Translations under genes and position numbers: made by a program
NCBI RefSeq assembly: GCF_018350175.1
Contig: NC_058368.1
Coordinates: forward strand, 59,088,001-59,152,000
Origin: Felis catus
Taxonomy: Eukaryota
Direction of reading: 5' to 3'
Length of the DNA: 64,000 nt
Notes under the pieces: model-generated
What the model was told of the DNA's origin: nothing
The model's database searches: none
The model's input: the letters and a program-made list of their open reading frames with translations, nothing else
Shown: piece by piece, positions 37,690 through 50,749 of the stretch
Position numbering within the stretch: the stretch's first letter is position 1
Layout: every line of letters begins with the position of its first letter

Positions 37690-39305
37690 AATATAATTGG
37701 AATGTTGGGCATATATATAAATGTACAGAAAAGTTGCAAATCCACTACAGAGAGTTTCCAGATACTCTTCATTCAGTTTCTCTTGCTGTTAAAATGTTAC
37801 ATTATTGCGGTGCATCTGTTAAATGATTAAATTGATGGTATTAGTACAATATTACAAATTAAGCCCAGACTTTGTGTGTTTCAACAGATTTTCCATTAAT
37901 ATCTTCTTTGTATTCTAACATCCAATCCAGACTACCATATTGCATTTAGTCACCATATTTCTTCCAGTCCTTTCTGGTCTGTGACAGCAACCTGGTCTTT
38001 CTTTTTCATCATCTTGCCAGTCCTGAAAAGCAAGGGTCAGATATTCTGCAGAATGACTGTTTTTCTCATGATTCGATTGCAATTATACAAAAGAAGTGAA
38101 GTGCTCTGCTTGTCACATCATATCGGGAGACACATGACATTATTGGTTGTATTGATCTTTATCACTCAGTTCAGGTAGTGTTTGCCACTTTTATCAACTG
38201 TGTATTTTCTATTTTTTTCTTTCCCTATTCTACTCTTAGAAAGTGATTGACTAAAACAAACTCACTGTCAAGGGGATGAGGGCCAGAATTAAGCTCCACC
38301 CCCTGGAGGGAGAAATATCTACAAATATTGTTTGGAATTCTTCTGTAAGAAAGATTTGTCTTGGAGTGCCTGGGTAGCTCAGTCGGTGGAGTGTCCAACT
38401 ATTGATTTCAGCCCAAGTCATGATCCCAAGATCATGGGATCCAGCCCTGCATTGGTCTCCACACCGAGCTTGGAGCCTGCTTGAGATCTCTCTCCTTCTG
38501 CCCTTCTCCCCTGTTTGTGTTCCATCTCTCTCTCTCTCTTTCTCTCTCTCTTTAAAATACATTTTAAAAAAAGAAAAATTTATCTTATCCTCTACACGTA
38601 TTTGATTTATTCACTTATTTATATTACTATGGGCTCATGTATGTGTATCTTATAAATTTCATTATAGTCCAATACTATGTTATTTATTTTGTTGTTCAAA
38701 TTTCTTGTTTTGGAAACTCTCTGAGTTTGGCCTCTGTGGTCCCTTGGCATGCTACCATTTAGGATTTTTTGAGCATTTAATTACTTTCTGGTACTTCAAG
38801 ATATCCTAGACTCATCTTGTACTTCTCCCTTCCCTGGTCACAGAATCAACCAATTTTACCAAGGAACTCTAGTTTATTTTATTGGAGAATGGTATTTGGA
38901 AACTGAGATCTCTAAGCTGGATGTTCTCATTTCTCCTAGAGCTTCAAACCTTCTAGGCATTCTCAGTCAACAGAAATTGGAAATTGTGTGTATATACTAA
39001 CCACATACATATACATTTATAACAGTTTCTGTATCTATCCATGTTATGTGTATATTAAGTTACATATGAGTTTATGTTGTCTCCAGCTCTAATTTGGTAC
39101 CATTTGATTTATTCTAGCTTTCTTTTCTTGTTTATTGGTAACATCCCTCTCTGACAGCAGGAAACATGGCTCCCTTCCCTTTGTATGACATTTCACTTAT
39201 TTTTTTTTATCCATATGCAAAGCAGGTTCAGGACAGTTTACCTATATTGCCATATGAGAAACATTTACCACAGGAGTACAGTGTTTATATACAGTTTCAT
39301 TTGTC
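37690..39305 (-). mobile_element. Old L1MC/L1MD-like 3' region, interrupted by a Can-SINE at 38362-38570 (+)
   Basis: ACAGAAAAGTTGCAAA..TACAGAGAGTTTCC, ATTGCATTTAGT, TTTATTGGAGAATGGTATTTGGAAAC; SINE TSD AAGAAA(G/A)ATTT(G/A)TCTT. Confidence 0.75.
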
Positions 39306-42220
39306 TGTAAACAATGGGCACTTTTATAGTAAATCTAAGTGATCATTATTGTTTATCATGCTCTGCACTTGAAGAAAAGAGTATATACTTTAAAGCTGGC
39401 ATTTTAGTTCCTTCTTCAATGCTACAAATGTTTTACTGCTATTTTATCTGAAACTGCTTCTCCAGGATGCCCACCCCTTCTTTCTTCTGATACTCACATT
39501 AGATGTAAGTAGGAAATTCACAATATAAGCTTGATGACTCTTATTTCATTTTGAATTCTATTCTTTATATAGAGTCTTAAAGAATTCTTTAATATATATT
39601 TCAGTTCACTATTTTTCTCTCTAAAGGCTTATATGATATTTTTCATTTTCAAAATTTATAACTGATGTCATATCCATATTATTTGATCAATATTTCTTTA
39701 CACTGTATTTATCATTGTTTTCTATTCCATAATTTCTTATTTTATGAATAGTAGTATATCATTTTGCTTCTTAAACATCTTTAACATGCTTATTTTCAAA
39801 GTCAATTTTATACTGATCTAATATTTCCATTTCCTGCTAGGATAAATCATCATGCACATGCTGTTCTTTAGAGATATCTTGCTTAGTACTTGTCTTTCTA
39901 TGTGTTTTGAAATTTTAGAGTGTGAATTGTAGATTTTTCTCCCTTGCATTTAGTATACTATATATAATAATTTTTAGGTAGGTTCCATGTATTCTTTACA
40001 AAATATGTACATGCCAGAGTCTGGTATTTGTGCTAAGACTCCTTCCCAGTGATTTGACATTGCAGATGTAGTCATTGAGTCAGTGAAGAATTTAGTCCAA
40101 GTCCTGTCTGGGTAGTGTTTGCAACTCCTTCCTGCTGTAGCAGAGACTGATGTTTAATATTTATATTAGTCATTTGCAAGATAAAAAAAAATCTGGCTTT
40201 TTTTCCTTTTCATATGTCAAGAGTACTTCTCCAGGTTGTGGATATTGGATATGGCTTGCCACATTTCTTATACTTATTTTTCTTACAGCACTAAGATTTA
40301 GCCTCACCTACTGCTGTGCGTTTATGCTCAGTGTGTGTCCTGTAAATGTATTTGTTTTGCTTGGAAACTTTTGTGACTTCAAAAAGCTCATCTTTACTCT
40401 GGTGCAAAGAGGGAAGCAAAGAGGAACTTCTTGGTTGGAGGCTGATGTTTCTGTCCTAATATTCAAAAATATCATTTCATTCATTAGCAATTCTTGGTCC
40501 GTTTATAATGGCCTATTTTTTTAGAACTCTATTTAGAGACTAGTTTCGGTTTTTATCTCATGCTGAAACCTGCTATTGTAGGTTGTTCTGTATTGGGGAG
40601 GTCAGATGACCAACTGGCCCAGCTGCTATGAACACATTCCTCCAATTAATAAGAGTCAAATTATACAGTGCTGCTCCTGTTCTTTTTATTGACTCAAAGA
40701 TTTCAGCTTGGTTTATGTCCCTCCAGTGTCTCCGTCCAGTATATTAGGTGTCTACCAATTCCCACCACTATCCTTATAAGACATTCTCTGTTGTTGCACA
40801 TTCATATGACATTGTAACTCTACACATTTGCAAAGAGGCCTTAGATTGTTTTTCAACTATATCTCCCTTGTGATTACAATAGGTAAGAGATTTCTTTTAC
40901 AGTTTTCTGATTTCCCCCCCATGCCTTCAGTTGGGTATTTAAAGCCATCAATTATTTGCTTTTCTACCCACTCTAGCCAGCCTATGTCATAATGTTTATT
41001 ATCACAATTGTTCTGGTGACAAAGTATAGTATTTTCACAATATTTCACCAACTTGTGCTCTGTTTGCTCATTATCATATGCCAGTATTGGGTAATTGTTA
41101 CTCGAATGACTATTAACATCTCATATTCTCCTCAGAAAGAATATTTTAATAGTTTTTATAAAAATTGTGAGCTATGCTATTCCAATTAAATTCAATTTGG
41201 GATCTGTTTTTCATAGGGCAAATTGCACTTTAAGTCAAATTGACAGCCTTCTCCCTCCCCCCAAAGAGGTGACATATACACAATGGATCACTGTATTTAA
41301 TGTAAGGGATTTTTGCAAAGATATAGACAAAAGGACCATTAAGGAGTGGTAAAGTGCTACAAGATCAAGAAGAGTAGGAAGCCATTATCTCTCTGTTTAA
41401 GGGACAATGGTGGGGGTGATGCTGAATTGTTACTGGAACTCAAGTAGCTGGAGGTAAGTAGTCCCGTCACACTTGTGGCCTCTAGTGGAGGAAGAGAGCC
41501 AGTACCTAAACCATGAACCCTTAAGAAATGAACCCTAGAGTAAATCATTTATTCTTCTACTGGTGCATCCTTTAAAGTAGTTCAACTTGAAACTAACGGA
41601 CAAAGGAACCTGTGTTCCTGAGTTGAAGCAGTCTTTAGAGATCACTCTTCAGGGACACATAGCATGGTGAAAAGAATAGAGTGGGTTTCAGGTGCATACA
41701 GAGAATATTCACTGTATGAGCACACAACCATTGAATTATTATTAAGCATAAGCATTCAGATTTTTCTTATATGCTAGAAAATGATATATTTTACTAAGTT
41801 GCATAATATTCATTGAATATTTAGAAAGTATTACCAGAACTTTTTTCATAACTATTTTTTCATTTCCTCTGTTTATATATTTATCTTATTGCTTGACATG
41901 TTGTATTTGTTTAACTGCCCACTAAAGGACCTCCTCAGGAGAAAGGAAAACCTTTATAAATTTTATTCTTTGAGAGCCTAGTCAATAATTGAATCCCTGG
42001 TAGAAATTCTCAATATATATTTTTAAGCTGAACTATAAAGATTTTTGTCTCAATTCCTTAATTATTAAAACAGATTAATTGTATGTATTTTATGAATCTA
42101 AAGTGACCAATATAATATTGAGAAGAGACATTGCTAAGTATTGAAAATTGTAAAACATGCTGTTCACCAATTACCCTTATCTAAATTCTATTTTATTTTC
42201 ATTTACTGACTGTATTTTTC

Positions 42221-44264
42221 TTTTTCTTCTTTAAAATATTTATTTTTTTAACTTTATTTTTTATTTTTAAAAATTTACATCCAAATTAGCATATAGTGAA
42301 GCAATGATTTCAGGAGTAGATTCTTTAATGACCCTTACCCATTTAGCCCATACCCCCTCCACAACCCCTTTAACAACCCTCAGTTTGTTATATTATTTTT
42401 GTTTCCCTTCCCTTATGTTTATCTATTTTGTCTCTTAAAGTCCTTATATGAGTGAAGTCCTATGATATTTGTCTTTCTCTGACTAATTTCACTTAGCATA
42501 ATACCCTCCAGTTCCATCCACGTAGTTGCAAATGGCAAGATTTCATTCTTTTTGATTGGCGAGTAATACTCCATTGTATATATATATATACACCATATCT
42601 TCTTTATCCATTCATCCATCAATGGACATTTGGACTCTTTCCATACTTTGGCGATTGTTGATAGTGCTGCTACAAACATAGGGGTACATGTGTCCCTTCG
42701 AAACAGCATAACTGTATCCCTTGGATAAATACCTAGTAGTGCAATTTCTGGGTGGTAGGGTAGTTCTATTTTTAGTTTTTTGAGGAAACTCCATGCTGTT
42801 TTCCAGAGTGGCTGCCCCAGCTTGCATTGCCACCAACAGTGCAAAAGAGATCCTCTTTCTCCGCATCCTCTCCAACATCTGTTGTTGCCTGAGTTGTTAA
42901 TGTTAGCCATTCTGACAGGTGTAAAATGGCATTTCACTGTGGTTCTGATTTATATTTCCCTGATGATGAGTAATGTTGAGCGTTTTTTCATGAGTTGGTT
43001 GGCCATCTGGATGTCTTCTTTGGAGAAGTGTCTATTCATGTCTTTTGCCCATTTCTTCACTGGATTATTTAGTTTTTGGAGGTTGAGTTTGATAAGTTCT
43101 TTGTAAATTTTGGATACTAACCCTTTATCTGCTATGTCATTTGCAAATATCTTCTCCCATATTGTCGGTTGCCTTTTAGTTCTGCTGATTGTTTCCTTGG
43201 CTGTACAGAAGCTTTTTATTTTGATGAGGTCTGAGTAGTTCATTTTTGCTTTTGTTTCCCTTGCCTCCGGAACATGTTGAGTAAGGAGTTGCTGCAGCAG
43301 AGATCAAAAAGGTTTTTTCCTGCTTTCTCCTGGAGCATTTTGATGGCTTTCTGTCTTACATTGAGGTCTTTCATCCACTTTGAGTTTACTTTTGTGTATG
43401 GTGTAAGAAAGTGGTCCCGGTTCATTCTTCTGCATGTCGCTGTCCAGTTTTCCCAGCACCACTTGCTGAAGAGACTGTCCTTATTCCATTGGATATTCTT
43501 TCCTGCTTTGTCAAAGATTAGTTGGCCATACATTTGTGGGTCCATTTCTGTGTTCTCTATTCTATTCCATTGATCTGAATGTCTGTTGTTGTGCCAGTAC
43601 CATAGTGTCTTGATGATTACAGCTTTGTAATATAGCTTGAAGTCTGGGATTGTGATGCCTCCTGCTTTGGTTTTCTTTTTCAAGATTGCTTCGGCTATTC
43701 AGGGTCTTTTCTGGTGCCGTACAAATTTTAGGATTATTTGTTCTAGCTCTGTGAAGAATGCTGGTGTTACTTTGATAGGGATTGCATTGAATATGTAGAT
43801 TGCTTTGGGTAGTATCAACATTTGAACAATATTTGTTCTTCCTATCCCGGAGCATGGAATCTTTTTCCATTGTTTTGTGCCTTCGTCAATTTCTTTCATA
43901 AGCTTTCTATAGTTTTCAGTGTATACATTTTTCACCTCTTTGGTTTATGGTTTATGGTTTTGGTTTATGGTTTTGGTTTGTGGTTTCACTTCTAGGTATT
44001 TTATGGTTTTTTGGTGAAACTGTAAATGGGATTGATTCCTTGAATTCTCTTTCTGTTGCTTCATTGTTGGTGTATACAAATGCCACTGTTATTCAACATA
44101 ATATTGGAAGTCTTAGCCTCTGCAATCAGACAACACAAAGAAATAAAAGGCATCCAAATTGGCCAGGAGGAGGTCAAACTTTCACTCTCTGCAGATGACA
44201 CGATACTCTATATGGAAAACCCAAAAGATTCCACCAAAAAACTGCTAGAACTGATTCATGAATT
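42221..44264 (-). mobile_element. L1-C: 5'-truncated L1 with 5' inversion (minus part 42221-44087, plus part about 44083-44264)
   Basis: ORF2 peptides on minus (43240-43683, 43699-43935) and plus (44056-44268, LSADDTILY); degenerate TSD CTGACT(G/C)TA(T/G)TTTTC at 42206-42220 and 44265-44279. Confidence 0.93.
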
Positions 44265-44519
44265 CTGACTCTAGTTTTCAAATCTGGTTTGTGTATAATG
44301 AATTATATAGAAATTACTATTTTTTTGTTGATCTATGCTTCACAATTCAGTCATTTCACCTATTTCATTTACTTGAATTTGTATCAATATATTTAAATGT
44401 ATCAATAAGTATAATATCAATATGTATTTATAGATGTAAATAATATGTGTAGTTTTTAGTTAAATATGAAGGAATTAAAGTACACTTTACTTCTGATAGC
44501 TTTAAGAAGTAGTAAAATG

Positions 44520-44742
44520 AGGGGTACCTGGGTGGCTTAGTCGATTAAGTGTCCAACTTCAGCTCAGGTCATGATTGCATGGTTTGTGAGTTCAAGTCCC
44601 ACGTTGGGCTCTGTGCTGACAGCTCAGAGCCTGGAGCCTGCTTCAAATCCTGTGTCTCCCCCTCTCTCTCTGTTCCTCCCCCACTCACACTCTGTCCCTC
44701 TGTCTCTCAAAAATGAATAAAAACGTTTAAAAAATAAAACAG
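44520..44742 (+). mobile_element. Can-SINE
   Basis: TSD AGAAGTAG(T/C)AAAATGA. Confidence 0.92.
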
Positions 44743-45344
44743 AGAAGTAGCAAAATGAAAACACAGGGATGCGTGGAATGACAAAATAATATAAACAGTA
44801 AAAAAAAAAACACAAATAAATGCAAGAAGAGACAACATGCACAAAAAACATAACCTCAGGAACAAAGGGAGAAGTGCCAATTGATTAAGTTTGATAGAGA
44901 AGACTGAAATGTGCCCCTATTGCGGGGAACCCAAGACAAGTTATATTACACAAATCCTAAAATTGTAAAAAATTGGAGCACCAGACATCCCTGAAAAAGA
45001 AAATAGAGAAACACATAAAATCAAATTATTGGTTATAATTTATACATATGAGAAGCAGTTAGAACTCTCAGATTTTTCTTCCATCCTGAGAGGCAGGCAC
45101 AGCAATACCCACCCCATTCCAGCAGAAGAATGAAGATTTACTTTCAGGAATGCTTTCATTAGAGTTGGTGGGTATACAAAACTAGAAATCAAAGGACTGA
45201 ATAGTAGAAGACTAAATACTAATAATCCCCACCCACCCCCTAACAGGCACTCTGTTTAGTGACAGCATCGCTAATTTCCCTGGGGACAGTTTCTTTCAGG
45301 GGTAAGGGATTATAAAACATAGACACTGATGTTGTGAATTTCTC

Positions 45345-45461
45345 CTTAATGAAAGCTCCACCTTCATGACCTAATTGCTACCCAAAGGCCCCTCCTAATA
45401 CTATCACAGGGGCATTAGCTTTCAACATATGAATTTGGGGGGCCACAAATATTCATAGCAC
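45345..45461 (-). mobile_element. MLT1 LTR fragment
   Basis: CACCTTCATGACCTAATT...TTTCAACATATGAATTTGGGGGGCCACAAATATTCATAGCA. Confidence 0.75.
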
Positions 45462-45573
45462 ATATATTCATTTAAAACATGGAAGTATATAAAAATGTGC
45501 AAGAATTAAGAATTAGTGATCAACAAGGGAGGAAAACTTGTTTTACTTTTGAATCTTTTAAAACAATTTTATA

Positions 45574-45740
45574 GGGGCACCTGGTTGGCCTCCAACTGTT
45601 GATTTCAGCTCAGGTCATAATCTCATGGTTCATGAGTGAGTTTGAGCCCTATGTCGGGCTCTGCACTGACAGTGCAGAACCTGCTTGGGATTCTTTCTCC
45701 CTGTCTTTCTGCCCCTCTCCCACTCGCTCATGTGCACATG
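45574..45740 (+). mobile_element. Degenerate Can-SINE
   Basis: GGGGCACCTGGTTGGC...TTCAGCTCAGGTCATAATCTC. Confidence 0.85.
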
Positions 45741-45977
45741 TTAAAAATATAACATATGCAAATGCACATAATATTTTTAATAAAAATAAATTTTCCTCAT
45801 TCCTTTACCTACTGAAAAGTAAAATGACTTTTCCAAAGGCAAGCTCTGATTAGATTTTTCCATTTACTCAAAAATTATCTATTTGTATATGAAAACATTT
45901 GTATACAGTATTCTCCACTCACTTTTCTTTTATTAAAACATTTTAACGTCTTTTCAGTTTGTGTTTATGCTATTTTA

Positions 45978-46197
45978 TTCTTTTAATGTTTATTTATTTA
46001 TTTTGAGAGACAGAGAGACAGAGACAGAAAAAAAAGCATGTGTGGGGGAGGGGCATAGAGAGAGGGAGAGAGAGAGAGAATCCCAAGCAGGCTCCATCCT
46101 GAGCATGGAGTCTGTCCCGGGGTTCGATCTCACGACTGTAAGATTATGAATTGAGCAAAAATGAAGAGCCAGATGCTTAACTGAAGCTAAGTGTCTC
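45978..46197 (-). mobile_element. Can-SINE (older)
   Basis: TTTTGAGAGACAGAGAG...GAATCCCAAGCAGGCTCC...GATGCTTAACTGA. Confidence 0.85.
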
Positions 46198-48285
46198 TTA
46201 TAATAATATAATGATAGTCTTTCTGGTATAATTGATAAGTTTTTTTGTTTATAAATAGTACATAAAATAATAATGCAATTTACAATAGTGTGTTAGATGA
46301 AATAAAATTTTTAGTCAGACCTTATTGGTGTACATTTAGTTTATTTCCTAAACTTGGAAAGTAAGAACAATATTACAATGTTGCAATACACATGTTAGAA
46401 TTCATTGTTTGGTGGGGTGGGGAGCCTAAGTGGAAGTGTGTCAATAGGATTAAAACCAGAGAATGGAACTTCTGATTGAAGTGCATGTTCATTTTTACTT
46501 TAGAAAAATATTAGGGGATCAGCCTGTAAAGAAGATACAGCAATTATCCACAATGAGTCTTTCAAAGTATCTCATCTCTCCTGAAAAACTCTTTTTGTTT
46601 TAAAACACTATCACTGCCAAGCGGATAGGTTGAAAATTAATCTTGTATTATTGTTTTTATTCATGTTTATTTAGTAATAAGAAAGTGAGATATATGTTTA
46701 AGTTGTTAATTGTAATTTCACTCAATGTGAACTATTCTTCATATTCTTTTCATATTTCCTAGTGTTATTGGTCTAAAAAATGTATAACTCTTTAAATATT
46801 AAGTAGTATTATTTCAAAATATTCTTTGTAAGTATGGTTTAACAAATATGTAATTATCCTAATATTTTAAATATGGTACATTTACTATATTCTATTTCAG
46901 GCTAATGATCCATCCTAAACCATAATTATGTCATTTGTTTTTGCTTTGGTTGGCCCAAAGTTCATTTGGGAGAATTACTATTTCATTAAAGAATTTATGG
47001 AAGTGGGTGGGGGGTGCAGAATAATGGGAATTTAAAATATTATAGTTTTATAGTTTAGAAAATAATCATTGTTTTCTGTACTTCAGCCCAGATAATTCAA
47101 AACTATATTAAGGAAATAAAATCATATGTGCCTTTCAAAAATTTCAGACTGTAAAACATTTTAAGTGTTTTACAAGGCATTTATATTATAAACATTGTTA
47201 CATAAATATCTTTCACATTAAGATAAATCTGCAGTTATCTACATTTTCTCCCATGGGTAAAATATTTTTCTGATTATCGTGAATGATACAAATTTGTGAT
47301 CGGACTGGCAATACACTGGTAAATATTGAAATTGTTCCAATTTGCATCAGAGTGGCCAGTCTAACTTCACCTAGACAGTGAACATACCCTTATTGTATTT
47401 TCAGCTATTTTTTTCTCTTGGAGATACAATCACTGTGACACACAAATATAAAAATAGGAAATTAAACTAGATAAGAAAGTAGCAATGACAGGCAAAGACA
47501 GTGTAAAAGAGATATGCTGTATCTACATCTACCAGAATCAATTGGAGCTGGCCGCACCAGGGAGAGCGGAGCAACCTCGTACCGCCGCTGATATCCCAGC
47601 CATGGCATTCAGGAACTGTCACAATGAAGCCTTAACTGATCCTAATTTCCAGGATGATATATAGCAGCAGACAGTGCCTCTGTGAAACCTTGTTTACTTA
47701 CAACTTTAATAACCTAGGTTACTAAGATGGGAAAAGTCTATAAACTGCTTTCAAAAGACATTTTATTAACCTTCACAACAACCTCATCTCAATTTTTAGC
47801 ATATGAATTATAATTTGAAACCATGTGGCAAATGTTCCTGAGCTGGATTGGTTATGTCTTTATCAGCCGTCAGAAGAAAATTCACTGTGACATTACAGCC
47901 ATTTATGTTTCACATTTCTCATAGTATATTTTATTCGGCAACTTATTGATCACAGAATGTGAATAAAGTACCATTGTGCTAACTATTGGTAAGACAGAAA
48001 GAAAACAAGGCAAGGATATCATTCTACAAAGTTTCAAAGTATAATTTGAACTAGTAATTCTAGTAAATTTCATTTGACATATTTGGAGAGTCCATATTTT
48101 TTCTCCACCTATCACTTGGCACATTATAGATTTTACAAAGAATAGTCTTCCTAAGTGTGATGGATTACTGTATTAGGTTTAGACGCCACTGAAAATTTTT
48201 CATAGCTAGACAAGCTTTTGTAATTACAATTAAGGAAATATAATAAGATTTTCCTATGTATACAAGGCCTTCAACTAGAAATTTT

Positions 48286-48484
48286 ATTTTTTATTATTTT
48301 TTAAATATTTACTTATTAATTATGAGAGAGAGAGAGGGAGAGAGAGAGAGAATGAAGAAGGAGGGGCAGAGAGAAAGGGAGAGAGAGAATCCCAAGCAGG
48401 GGCTTGATCTCATGAACCCTGAGATCATGACCTGAGCCAAACTCAAGAGTCAGATGTTTCACCAACTGAACCACCCAGGTTCCC
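48286..48484 (-). mobile_element. Can-SINE with internal deletion
   Basis: TSD TAGAAATTTTA; AATCCCAAGCAGG joined to GGCTTGATCTC. Confidence 0.88.
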
Positions 48485-49339
48485 TTAGAAATTTTAAATT
48501 GTATATCATACACAACACATATTAAATGTGACAATTATATAAATGTGATTTTTTCTGAAATCTTTGGTGATGAAGGGGAAAATGCAAAAATAATCACCTT
48601 GGCATTTTTCCGGCACTACCTATGACATTGTCTTGAAAAATTCATTGAAGAATACTTAATAAAGCAAATTGGACTTTGCTATAAATTTATTTCCTTAACT
48701 TGAAAGTCAGGAAACAACATGAAAACTAGGTAATGTCTTCTGGGAAAAGAGAAAGTTACTGGATGCCAACTCCCACAGACTCTGAATCAAATCTAGTCAG
48801 TGTAGACCTGAAGAAACCTGAGATCAAAATAGTATCTGATCTTTTAGATGACCCCTGGAGGTCAGTTATACAACTGCTTTTCTTAAATTTTTATCATTTA
48901 ATACATATTTATTGAGAGCTATCCATGGGTTAGGTGTCATGCAGGGTCATAGGGATACAAAACTTGAGTGATAGCAATATGCTTTCAAAAGCTTTTCAGT
49001 TTTTGGAATACCCAGGCAATAAATGTACAATCCTAGAACAGATTGAGAAAGAAGAGGTTTTTCAAATGGGTAATATACCCAACAAGAAGGCATTTGGAGA
49101 TGGTTTGGTTGACACAATAATTGTGTATTGGCATTTATTGGGAAGAAGCCAGACATATTAGATGTCCTATAATATAATAATAGCTTCATATAACAAAGAC
49201 TTATTCAGCATCTCTTATGACTCAAATATCCTGTGGGACCTGTTTTTCAATTGACTTAGAATCTTCTTCAATTTGACATGCAAGTATAAATTAATTTTTG
49301 ATCAATTTAAATATGCTCTTCCTTTTTGTACCTTTAAAA

Positions 49340-49352
49340 TGTTATATATCTA

Positions 49353-49395
<43 letters not shown>

Positions 49396-49558
49396 AGAGA
49401 GAGAGAAGGGGAAAGGCAGAGAGAGAGAGAATCCCAAGCAGTTTACACTCTGTCAATGCAGAGCCTGTTGTGGGGCTCAGGCTCACCAACTGTGAGATCA
49501 TGACCTGAGCTACAATCAAGAGTGGGACGCTTAACCAACTGAGCCACCAAGGTGCCCC
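49340..49558 (-). mobile_element. Can-SINE with a (TCTA)n-expanded tail
   Basis: (TCTA)n at 49349-49395; CTTAACCAACTGAGCCACCAAGGTGCCCC. Confidence 0.88.
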
Positions 49559-49561
49559 AAC

Positions 49562-50742
49562 ATTTTTTAACTTGAGTATATTTGACACATGTTACATTAG
49601 TTTCAGGTGTACAACTTAGTGATTGACAAGTTTACACTTTATGCTGTGTTGACTGCAAGTGTAGCTACCATCTGTCCTGTTACATCAGCATTACAATATC
49701 ACGGAGTGTACTTCTTAAGTCTTTTATTGCCTTGACTTATTCGTTCTATAACTGGAAGCCTGTATCTCCTTCTCCACTTCACCCATATTGTCTAAGCATC
49801 AATCATCATCTCCCTCTAACAACTCTGTTTGTTCTCTGTATTTATAGGTCTGATTCTGCTTTTTGCTTGTTTATTCATTTGTTTGTTTTTAGATTCCACT
49901 TATGAGTGGAATCCTATGGTATTTGTTTTTCCCAATCTGACTTATTTAACTTAGCATAATACCCACTAGTTCCATCCATGTTGTCTCAAATGGCATGATC
50001 TCATCCTTTTTTATGACTGCACAATATTCCATTGTACATTTGGGTGTATGTGTACATCCTTATCTATTATTCATCTGTTGTTGGTCACTTAGGTTGCTTC
50101 CATATCTTGGCTATTGTAAATAATGCTGCAGTAAACAGGGGTGCAACATCTTTTCAAATTAGTGTTTTCATTGTCTTTGTGTAAATACCAAATAGTCGAA
50201 TTATTGGATCATATTGTATTTCTGTTTTTAATTTTTGAGGGAAACTTCATATTATTTTCCACAGTGGTTATCCCAGTTTACATTTCCACCAACAGTGCAT
50301 AAGGATTCCCTTTTTTTTCCATATCCTCACCAACACTTGTTACTTCTTGTCTTTTTGATATCAGTCATTCTGACAGGTGTGAGGTGATATCTCATTGTGG
50401 TTTTGATTTTCATTTCCCTGATGGTGAGTGATGTTGAGCATCTTTTCATGTATCCGCCAGCCATCTGTATGTCTTCTTAGAAAAATATCTATTCAAGTTC
50501 TCTGCCCATTTTTAATCATATTTTTTTTTTTGGTTTTGAGTTGTATAAGTTATTTACATATTTAACATATTAACCCCTTATTGAATATATCATTTGCAAG
50601 TATTTTCTATTCAGTATGTTGCCTTTTAATTTTGTTGATGTTTTTCTTGACCGTACAAAACCTTTTCATTTTGGTCTAGTCCCAACAGTTTGTTTTTTCT
50701 TTTGTTTCTCTTGCCTCAGGAGAAATATCAAGAAAAACGTTG
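49562..50742 (-). mobile_element. L1_Carn/L1MA9-like 3' UTR and ORF2 end
   Basis: CATTCTGACAGGTGTGAGGTGATATCTCATTGTGG, GATGTTGAGCATCTTTTCATG. Confidence 0.9.
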
Positions 50743-50749
50743 AGTCCTT

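Noticed and set aside
40150..40524. 124-aa ORF
   Set aside because: No recognisable domain or convincing splice signals; T-rich composition suggests a chance ORF
43941..43986. Interstitial telomeric repeat
   Set aside because: The unit is TGGTTT(A), derived from adjacent L1 sequence, not TTAGGG
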